From an uncultured Thermoplasmata archaeon (GTDB lineage: Archaea; Thermoplasmatota; Thermoplasmata; Halarchaeoplasmatales; Halarchaeoplasmataceae): a stretch of DNA of 40,144 nucleotides. Each line of letters starts with the position of its first letter. Position 1 is the first letter of the stretch. The position numbers were made by a program, and so were the translations under genes. Location of the stretch: assembly GCA_964399335.1 (NCBI GenBank), contig CAYNQI010000009.1, forward strand, positions 1 to 40,144. Direction: 5' to 3'. This document shows, one piece after another, positions 8,895-17,753 of the stretch. The notes under the pieces were generated by a model. That model was not told the origin of the DNA and ran no database searches. It saw only the letters and a program-made list of their open reading frames with translations.

Positions 8895-9439
8895 TTTTTT
8901 GCCTCCGGTTGTCATCCTTTTTTCGCAAGGTCGATTGACCCGACCCCAGTACCTTAATTAAATATTAATATAAATAAGTTTCGCTAATATCCAGCTATTT
9001 TGTATGATTTTTTAACCAAATCAGCAGAATTTTGGTACAAAAATTGTATTTGTCCGACACCGTATCTTGGATAAAATATTGTAAAAAAGATCGCTCCTCT
9101 GAAAATTATCAAACATATATATAATAATTGGATTGGCCGATTTAGGTCAGACAAATGTATGATAGATCACCAGATTATAATTAAAAAACTGGTATTCTAT
9201 ATGGAAAAAGTGAAACGTCATGCAGATTGTTGAGTCTTCCAATTTTTTAAAAATTCTCCCTACCCACTGATACTGGTTTTGTAATTAATGAATAATAAAC
9301 TAAAAAAACTGGATATTGTGTCATATCGACCGGTAAAACGCAAAAATAATGTTTAACTCGTCCTTTTAGTGCAAAATAATTTATATAAGATGAATAGTTT
9401 ACGTATCTGTATAAATAACCTTTAATGGAGAGTATATTG
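8895..9439. other. Long AT-rich divergent intergenic region with short repeats
   Basis: 545 bp with no convincing ORF. Near-copies of AAAAAACTGG(A)TATT at 9183-9196 (+), 9303-9317 (+) and 8986-9001 (-). Confidence 0.5.
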
Positions 9440-10540
9440 ATGGAATCAATTGTTGAAGAAGCTCTTTCCCGTGAAAGTTCTAGGAAGAAAGAGGCAAAAG
9501 AAGAGCGTGACCCGCGCGAATTATCTGCAGACGACGAAGAACTAAGGGAAGTACTTTCGGGTTTAAAAACAGACATCAAGATCATTGGTGCAGGTGGGGC
9601 CGGATGTAATACGATCGATAGAATGTCTGAAGAAGGTATACAAGGTGCGAAATTGATCGCTTGTAACACCGATGCCCAACATCTTCTGACAGTTCATGCC
9701 CAAAGAAAGATACTGCTCGGTAGAAGGAAAACAAGAGGACTAGGAGCAGGTGCTTTACCACAGGTAGGGAGAGAGGCTACAGAAGAAGCAAAAGAAGATT
9801 TGAGCGAACTGATTGAAGGGACCGACCTTGTATTCGTGACTTGTGGTCTTGGAGGAGGAACTGGAACAGGAGCGGCACCTGTTATAGCTGAGATAGCTAA
9901 AGAACACGGTGCTTTGACAGTTGCTGTATGCACTACTCCATTCAAAGCCGAAGGCGCTTCACGTATGGAAAACGCCGAATGGGGATTGGGTAGATTGAAA
10001 AGTGTTTCAGATACAGTTATCACCGTACCTAACGATAAACTTCTCGAACTAGTACCGAGATTATCATTGAATAAAGCATTCAAGGTAGCTGATGAAGTTT
10101 TGACCCGTTCTATCAAAGGTATCACTGAAATAGTTACTAAACCCGGTCTTGTAAACCTTGATTTTAATGATTTGAAAACCATCATGGAAGGAGCCGGTGT
10201 AGCTATGATCGGAATGGGGGAAGATGACTCTGAAAACAGGGCAGAAAAGGCGATCGAAGAAGCCATTAATTCACCACTGCTTGAAGTAGACATCAGTAAT
10301 GCAAACGCCGCATTAGTTAATGTCGTTGGTGGTAATGATATGACCGTCTCAGAAGCGGAAAGAGTCGCAGAAATGGTCGAAGATAAGATAGGATCCGATG
10401 CTAGAATAATATGGGGTGCATCAGTTGAACCTACTCTCGAAAAAACCTTACGTGTTATGGTCGTAATAACAGGGGTCCAATCAAAACAGATATTCGGTAA
10501 AGAAATAGATTCACAGGAAGGAATTCAAAGCGTTGCATGA
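9440..10540 (+). CDS. ftsZ: Cell division protein FtsZ (FtsZ1 type)
   Basis: [24 protein letters not shown] tubulin signature, NLDFND. GGAG upstream of ATG 9440. Confidence 0.97.
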   Translation: MESIVEEALSRESSRKKEAKEERDPRELSADDEELREVLSGLKTDIKIIGAGGAGCNTIDRMSEEGIQGAKLIACNTDAQHLLTVHAQRKILLGRRKTRGLGAGALPQVGREATEEAKEDLSELIEGTDLVFVTCGLGGGTGTGAAPVIAEIAKEHGALTVAVCTTPFKAEGASRMENAEWGLGRLKSVSDTVITVPNDKLLELVPRLSLNKAFKVADEVLTRSIKGITEIVTKPGLVNLDFNDLKTIMEGAGVAMIGMGEDDSENRAEKAIEEAINSPLLEVDISNANAALVNVVGGNDMTVSEAERVAEMVEDKIGSDARIIWGASVEPTLEKTLRVMVVITGVQSKQIFGKEIDSQEGIQSVA

Positions 10541-10551
10541 GGTAATTACAA

Positions 10552-10785
10552 ATGGACATATTGGAAGAATCTTGGAAATTACAGAAAAAAATCGAAGATA
10601 GCGCCAACAAAATCGGTAAAGGTAAGTACGGTCGTTTGTTAAAGATGGCAAGGAAACCAACACCTGAAGAATACAATAAAACTATCATAATATGTGTTTT
10701 AGGTGTTTTATTGATAGGCGGATTAGGTTTCCTTATCTATTTGCTTTTCCAAAATGTTCCAGATTACCTGCCATTATTTATGTGA
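10552..10785 (+). CDS. secE: Protein translocase SecE / Sec61-gamma
   Basis: GKGKYGRLLKMARKPTPEEY followed by one TM helix. Conserved ftsZ-secE-spt5 order. Confidence 0.93.
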   Translation: MDILEESWKLQKKIEDSANKIGKGKYGRLLKMARKPTPEEYNKTIIICVLGVLLIGGLGFLIYLLFQNVPDYLPLFM

Positions 10786-10794
10786 GGTTTTTTT

Positions 10795-11706
10795 ATGGGA
10801 CTTTTAGAAGATTTCGAAGAGGAGGAGGTCAAGAAAGAAGTACCAGTTAAAGAAGAAGTCGAAGAAAAAGAAGAAAGACTTGGCCTACGACTTGTTTGCG
10901 AAGAGAAATCTAAATCGATCACAACTGGTGATGTTATCGATTATGATGTTAAACTCATAAATGATACCAACGAGGATCATAAGATAGAGTTGGCTGTGCA
11001 TCTGTTATACAGCAGCGATAAAGAAAAGCGCATACCATGGTACGTAAAAATACTAGGTGAAAAAAACTTCTCTTCTGCAGAAGAACCTCTTAAAAAAGAG
11101 ATACAGATGAATGAGGGGGATGAGAAGTCTTTACCCGTTAAGGTCGAGGCACCAGAGGGGGCCCGTTATGGTGAAAGATTTGAAGTTGTGATCGACGCGA
11201 CATCAAAAAAAGATACATTAGTTTCTGACTCGTTAACTCTGGTAACCACTGCTAGACCAACAGTAGTAGCGGTCAAAACTCAGATAGGACAGGAAAAAAA
11301 TGTAGCAGATTACCTGTCCGGTCTTTCAAAAAGTACTGATAACAACCTTGGTATTTTTTCAATATTAGCGCCAAAACCAGTTAGAGGATACATCTTTATG
11401 GAAGTGATGAACCCCCATAGAATAGAAGAAGCTATAAGTAGCATGAGAAAAGCTAAAGGAGTTGTTGGAGGAGAAACTAGCTTTGAAGAGATTGAACATT
11501 TCCTTACACCTAAACTGGCTGTAGAAGGGATAGCTGAAGGTGACATTGTAGAGCTCTCAGCAGGACCATTCAAAGGTGAGAAGGCAAGAGTAACACAGAT
11601 AAACGAGGACAGTGATGAGATCACTGTGGAACTATTCGAAGCGACTGTACCGATTCCGGTAACAGTTCGTGGGGATCATGTAAGAGTATTAGAAAAAGAG
11701 AAATAA
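10795..11706 (+). CDS. spt5: Transcription elongation factor Spt5/NusG with a ~155-aa N-terminal extension
   Basis: NGN domain (VKTQIGQEKNVA...RGYIFME) and KOW domain (GDIVELSAGPFKGEKARV...ATVPIPVTV) occupy only the C-terminal half. Confidence 0.93.
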   Translation: MGLLEDFEEEEVKKEVPVKEEVEEKEERLGLRLVCEEKSKSITTGDVIDYDVKLINDTNEDHKIELAVHLLYSSDKEKRIPWYVKILGEKNFSSAEEPLKKEIQMNEGDEKSLPVKVEAPEGARYGERFEVVIDATSKKDTLVSDSLTLVTTARPTVVAVKTQIGQEKNVADYLSGLSKSTDNNLGIFSILAPKPVRGYIFMEVMNPHRIEEAISSMRKAKGVVGGETSFEEIEHFLTPKLAVEGIAEGDIVELSAGPFKGEKARVTQINEDSDEITVELFEATVPIPVTVRGDHVRVLEKEK

Positions 11707-11731
11707 TCAATATCATAGGAGTGACATAAGT

Positions 11732-12208
11732 ATGCCAATAGAAACGATAGAAGCACTTGTTGACGCAGGCGAGGTGTCCGCAGGACCTCCTCTCGGACCA
11801 GAATTGGGTCCTTTAGGAGTTAATATAATGGAAATCGTTGAAGCTGTCAACGAAAAAACCAAAAGATTTGAAGGGATGAAAGTTCCCATCAAATTAGAGA
11901 TAGATACAGAATCTGGGGAGTATGACATTACAATAGGTACTCCACCAACCTCTGCACTCATAAAAGAGAAGTTAGGAATTGATAAGGGAAGCGGTACTCC
12001 TCATTCGAATATAGTAGCTGACATGTCAATAGATCAAGCTATTGCAGTCGCTGAGATGAAAGAGGACGATCTACTGGGTAAAAGCACTAAAGAAAGAACA
12101 AAAGAGATCGCCGGAACTTGCGTTTCCATGGGAATAACCGTAGATGGTAAAGATCCTAGAGAGTTTCAAAAACTTGTAGATGAAGGAGAGTACGATAAAT
12201 ACTTCTAA
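11732..12208 (+). CDS. rpl11: 50S ribosomal protein uL11
   Basis: GPPLGPELGPLG, GTPPTSALI, EIAGTCVSMGITVDG. Confidence 0.96.
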   Translation: MPIETIEALVDAGEVSAGPPLGPELGPLGVNIMEIVEAVNEKTKRFEGMKVPIKLEIDTESGEYDITIGTPPTSALIKEKLGIDKGSGTPHSNIVADMSIDQAIAVAEMKEDDLLGKSTKERTKEIAGTCVSMGITVDGKDPREFQKLVDEGEYDKYF

Positions 12209-12954
12209 TCTAAAACTATTTTTCTAGCTTTTCCTCTATTTATCAATACATTTGCTATATCTTCTCTTAAAGTAACCACATCTTCTTTTTTAAGGTCGTA
12301 GGTGGCATCCATATCTACAAAAGGAGGTATCTTTTCAATCACATGTATGAGAATTTCAGAGGGTGAACCACCTGAGCTAACTTTAGAAGAGATTTCGTCA
12401 GAGGATATTTCCGATAATTTTTCTGCAGATTTTTTTTCTTTACTGAATTCATCGGCTCCTGTGTCTTCATTTGACGGCACTCTTTCTTTTTTAGGTTCTT
12501 TTTTATCTGAGTTTTTAACAACTTCATCAACTTTTTTATCTTCTTTTTTAGGCTTAACTTCCCTTTTATATCCCCCAAAAAAGATCTCTTCCTCCATCTC
12601 CTCTATTAAATCTACCATATCAAAAAAAAGCTTTTCTTCCCTTTTTGTCATATTGTCAGTATCGACCTTTTTAGACCCGCTAGAATAGTGTACGGAGGCT
12701 AGAGCGACTTTTTGAGCCCTTCTAGAAAACAAGTCTTCGGCATGGTTTTTGGCTTTGCTATATTCACGATGAACTGCTTTACTTCTAGAATCAGAAGGAA
12801 AACCTAATTCTTCAACCTCCTCTTCCAATTCTTTAAGGTACTGCCTAAGTCTACGATAAAAGCTATCCTTGATCTTAGTCAACTGTTTCGAATTTCTTTC
12901 TTGCAAAAGAGCTTCTCTGAGATCTGATATTTTAAACTCGTCTTCTGGCATCAT
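12205..12954 (-). CDS. gins: GINS subunit (Gins15/Gins51 type: A domain, acidic linker, B domain)
   Basis: ERNSKQLTKI..SFY, LFSRRAQKV, MTKREEKLF, and C-terminal IPPFVDMDATYDLKKEDVVTL...A.VLINRGKA. Confidence 0.85.
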   Translation of the reverse strand: MMPEDEFKISDLREALLQERNSKQLTKIKDSFYRRLRQYLKELEEEVEELGFPSDSRSKAVHREYSKAKNHAEDLFSRRAQKVALASVHYSSGSKKVDTDNMTKREEKLFFDMVDLIEEMEEEIFFGGYKREVKPKKEDKKVDEVVKNSDKKEPKKERVPSNEDTGADEFSKEKKSAEKLSEISSDEISSKVSSGGSPSEILIHVIEKIPPFVDMDATYDLKKEDVVTLREDIANVLINRGKARKIVLD

Positions 12955-12987
12955 TACAACACTATATTTACAAGTAATATGATTTTC

Positions 12988-13043
12988 GGAGAAAAAAGAA
13001 AAAAGAAGGAAAAAAAGAGGGTGGGATTGCGGAGACCCATTCT
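12988..13043 (-). terminator. Weak hairpin plus a long pyrimidine/oligo-T tract (terminator-like)
   Basis: Minus strand reads AGAATGGGT-CTCCGCAATCCC-ACCCTCT followed by TTTTTTCCTTCTTTTTTCTTTTTTCTCC, downstream of the Zn-ribbon gene. Confidence 0.35.
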
Positions 13044-13095
13044 TAAGGTTAATTTATACCTAATATATGATTTGGTACAAACATCGAACTAAGTT

Positions 13096-13311
13096 TCACT
13101 CAAAAAGAGTTCCACAATTTGAACACTTTTCCTGATCTAAATCAACATCTATACCACATGAAGAGCAGACATATTTTGTCGAATCTTCTTCTACAGATTC
13201 AAATATTTCATATCCGCATTTTAGACATTCAAAATCATCTGGAACATAAGCAGCACAGAAAGGACATTCGACTAAAATTTCGATATAACCAGACTCTTCT
13301 TCTTCAGTCAT
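13096..13311 (-). CDS. Small double zinc-ribbon protein
   Basis: Four CxxC pairs (CPFC, CLKC, CSSC, CSNC) in 71 acidic residues. Confidence 0.8.
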   Translation of the reverse strand: MTEEEESGYIEILVECPFCAAYVPDDFECLKCGYEIFESVEEDSTKYVCSSCGIDVDLDQEKCSNCGTLFE

Positions 13312-13362
13312 GATGTTTCATAATTTGCAGGCGTGTATTTAATCATTTTTCCTAAAGTGGGT

Positions 13363-13845
13363 TCAATTACCGTTTAAAACTTCCCCATCAACCCTCACTT
13401 CACCCCATTTCCCAGGTTGAATTTGTAAGCCATACCCTTTATCCTGAACGTACCCGTTGATCACTTTGATAGAAGAGCCCTGTTCGATCTTATCCCCGAC
13501 CAATTCAGTTTCTTCGTCCCAAAGTACAAGTTTCACAGAAGAGGTCCCATCATCCAATCTAACGTTCCTGACTTTACCGCTGTTGCCATTCTTTCTGTTG
13601 AAGGTTCTGAGTCTACCAAGATCAACGACTTTAGCACTGATGGTAGCCTCATCTCCGTTTTTCAAGTCACTGATATCCTTGATCATGGAATCGTAGCGTC
13701 CCTGTTCGGATACCAGCATCATCCCGATGGTTTCCATGTCCAGTAGGTCATCATATACTTTCTGCATCTTGAATATCCTTTCTTTGAATTCTTCCATAGA
13801 ATAGATGTCTTCGACCATCTCATGTAGATCCTCGATACTGGGCAT
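13363..13845 (-). CDS. rpa: Single-OB-fold ssDNA-binding protein (replication protein A type)
   Basis: AKVVDLGRLRTFNRKNG..GKVRNVRLDDGTSSVKLVLWDE...INGYV OB fold after a short helical N-terminal domain. Confidence 0.85.
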   Translation of the reverse strand: MPSIEDLHEMVEDIYSMEEFKERIFKMQKVYDDLLDMETIGMMLVSEQGRYDSMIKDISDLKNGDEATISAKVVDLGRLRTFNRKNGNSGKVRNVRLDDGTSSVKLVLWDEETELVGDKIEQGSSIKVINGYVQDKGYGLQIQPGKWGEVRVDGEVLNGN

Positions 13846-13925
13846 ACTTATGTATCGAAAAGAGGGATTAAAAATTATCGGTAAAAGCCCGTTTAAAAAT
13901 AGAAAGAAAAGAGTTTGTGGATTAT

Positions 13926-15287
<1,362 letters not shown>

Positions 15288-15469
15288 CTAAATTTGGATG
15301 TGCATTAAACTATCTAAATTTAAGTGTTTCTATTATCAATCATGGGTTATAATTAAATGTATGTATGCCAAATTGTATACTCAGAAGACATCAACTAAAG
15401 ATATTGGATATCGTTAGCAAATTTTTTAATACACTAGATATTCACTTCATTTAGAGAACGAAACGAGTT

Positions 15470-15513
15470 AACCGAGATCATCGGTTCACCGATCTCGTCA
15501 TATCCTATGGAGG
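15470..15513 (+). promoter_or_regulatory. Overlapping inverted repeats in the bfuC 5' leader, plus SD (GGAGG 15509-15513)
   Basis: AACCGA-GATCA-TCGGTT (15470-15486) overlaps CGAGATC(ATC)GG-TTCA-CCGATCTCG (15473-15497). TATA-like TTTTAATA at about 15424-15431. Confidence 0.5.
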
Positions 15514-15522
15514 AATCATATC

Positions 15523-16002
15523 ATGGAAGAACCCCAGATATCAAAAGAAAGCATCGAAAAGGTCTTCGATAAGTACGAAGCTCAGCCAAGTAATCTTATA
15601 CCATTACTCCAAGAATCTCAAGAGGAGTTTGGATACCTGCCTAGACAGGTTATGGAAAAGATAAGCGACTATCTCGAACTACCGGTTAGTAAGATATACG
15701 GTGTTGCGACTTTCTACGCCCAATTCAGGTTCGAACCTCTGGGGAAACACATGATAAAATTTTGTCATGGTACTGCCTGTCACGTGAAGGCGGCGGAGGC
15801 AATAACAGAAACAATCGAAAATGAATTGGGTATTAAAACTGGAGAAACAACCGAAGATGGTATGTTTACCATCGAGAGAGTAGCATGCCTTGGATGCTGC
15901 AGTCTAGCCCCTGTAATAATGGTTGATGGCGAAGTCCATGGTAACCTTACTAGAGAGAAGGCAAAAAAGGTAGTTGAACAATACAGGGAGGGGGAAGAAT
16001 GA
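15523..16002 (+). CDS. bfuC: NuoE/HydC-like [2Fe-2S] subunit of a Bfu-family oxidoreductase
   Basis: LIPLLQESQEEFGYLP, GVATFYAQF, CHGTACHV...VACLGCCSLAP. Confidence 0.9.
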   Translation: MEEPQISKESIEKVFDKYEAQPSNLIPLLQESQEEFGYLPRQVMEKISDYLELPVSKIYGVATFYAQFRFEPLGKHMIKFCHGTACHVKAAEAITETIENELGIKTGETTEDGMFTIERVACLGCCSLAPVIMVDGEVHGNLTREKAKKVVEQYREGEE

Positions 16003-17753
16003 ACAGAAGGGTCTTAGTAGGATACGCATCTTGCGGTATCGCAGCCGGAGCTAGAGATGTATATGAAGAACTGATCAGGATTTTAGAAGAAAAAGACATA
16101 GATATAAAAGTCGATAAAGTAGGATGCGTTGGGATGTGTCATAATGAACCGATTATCGAGATAGAAGATGACGAAAATAAATATACCTATGGAAACCTAG
16201 AAAAAAGCGACGTTGAAAGTATTGTAGAAGACCATATTATCCATGGGATCCCGTTGGATGATAAACTTATCCAGACTACGGATAAAGAATATGATTATTT
16301 CTCTAAACAGCACAAGATCGTCCTTCGAAACAGCGGTGTCATCGATCCTGAAGATATCGAGGAATACATAGAAAGAGACGGCTACGAAGCTCTGAAAAAA
16401 GCTCTAGATATGGAACCCGATGAGATCATCGATGAGGTCAAAGATAGTGGCTTGAGAGGTAGAGGTGGGGCTGGTTTTCCCACTGGATTGAAATGGCAGT
16501 TCGCTAAAGATGCTAAAGCCGACAAGAAGTATGTGATATGTAATGCCGATGAGGGCGATCCAGGTGCCTTCATGGATAGGTCAGTCCTTGAAGGCGATCC
16601 ACATGCAGTCTTAGAAGGTATGACCATCGGAGCATATGCAATAGGTGCGGATGAAGGCTACATATACTGTAGAGCGGAATATCCATTAGCTATCAAAAGA
16701 TTGGAATTGGGTATCAAGGAGGCTAAAAAGAAAGGCTTCCTAGGCGATAAAATATTAGACACGGATTTCTCCTTTGACATACATGTTAAAGAGGGAGCAG
16801 GCGCATTCGTTTGTGGGGAAGAGACAGCTCTGATGCACTCCATCGAAGGGGAAAGAGGTATGCCTAGACCTAGACCTCCTTTCCCGGCACAGCAAGGTTT
16901 GTTCGGCCATCCAACTAATATCAATAATGTCGAGACTTGGGCCAATATACCTTGGATAATGAGGAACGGTGCTGATAAATTCAAAGATGTAGGAACAGAT
17001 AAAAGTGGAGGAACCAAGGTTTTTGCTTTAGCAGGTAAGGTGAAGAGAGGAGGATTAGTCGAGGTCCCGATCGGAACAACACTTAAAGAGGTTATATTCG
17101 ACATAGGGGGAGGGATCGAGAACGATAAGGAGTTCAAGGCTGTACAATTAGGTGGTCCATCCGGTGGATGTTTACCCAAAAAGTACCTTGATACACCTGT
17201 AGATTATGAAACACTGACTAAGGCCGGAGCTATCATGGGTTCCGGTGGGATGATCGTCATGGATGAAGATACATGTATGGTAAACGTAGCCAATTACTTC
17301 TTAGACTTCACACAGGAGGAATCGTGTGGGAAATGTACCTTCTGTAGGATCGGAACAAAACGTATGTTAGAGATGTTGATCTCATTCAGTGAAGGTAAGG
17401 GAACAACAGAAGATATCGAAAAGCTGAAAGAACTAGCATACCAGATCAAAGCCCATTCACTCTGTGGATTGGGACAGACGGCACCGAATCCTGTTCTCAC
17501 CACTTTGAGATATTTTGAAGATGAATACACTGCACATCTTGAAGAAGGAACATGTCCAGCCTGTGTATGTAGGGAGCTGATCACATTCACCATAACTGAA
17601 AACTGTATCGGATGTACCAAGTGTTCTCAAGAATGTCCTGTAGATGCAATCTCTGGAAAACCAAAAGAAAAACACGTTATCGATCAAGATGTATGTATAA
17701 AATGCGGAGCATGTGAAGAAGTTTGTCCTGTGAACGCAGTGGAGGTGGAATAG
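15999..17753 (+). CDS. bfuB: NuoF/HydB-like FMN/NADH subunit with N-terminal thioredoxin-like domain and C-terminal 2x[4Fe-4S]
   Basis: GLRGRGGAGFPTG, CNADEGDPGAFMD, GAFVCGEETAL, PPFP, GGPSGGC, ESCGKCTFCRIG...CGLG, H..GTCPACVC, CIGCTKC...CP and CIKCGAC...CP. Confidence 0.92.
   Translation: MNRRVLVGYASCGIAAGARDVYEELIRILEEKDIDIKVDKVGCVGMCHNEPIIEIEDDENKYTYGNLEKSDVESIVEDHIIHGIPLDDKLIQTTDKEYDYFSKQHKIVLRNSGVIDPEDIEEYIERDGYEALKKALDMEPDEIIDEVKDSGLRGRGGAGFPTGLKWQFAKDAKADKKYVICNADEGDPGAFMDRSVLEGDPHAVLEGMTIGAYAIGADEGYIYCRAEYPLAIKRLELGIKEAKKKGFLGDKILDTDFSFDIHVKEGAGAFVCGEETALMHSIEGERGMPRPRPPFPAQQGLFGHPTNINNVETWANIPWIMRNGADKFKDVGTDKSGGTKVFALAGKVKRGGLVEVPIGTTLKEVIFDIGGGIENDKEFKAVQLGGPSGGCLPKKYLDTPVDYETLTKAGAIMGSGGMIVMDEDTCMVNVANYFLDFTQEESCGKCTFCRIGTKRMLEMLISFSEGKGTTEDIEKLKELAYQIKAHSLCGLGQTAPNPVLTTLRYFEDEYTAHLEEGTCPACVCRELITFTITENCIGCTKCSQECPVDAISGKPKEKHVIDQDVCIKCGACEEVCPVNAVEVE

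Noticed and set aside
8895-9439. Canonical ORB-containing origin call
   Set aside because: No full ORB with G-string and no adjacent orc1/cdc6. Kept only as a low-confidence finding.
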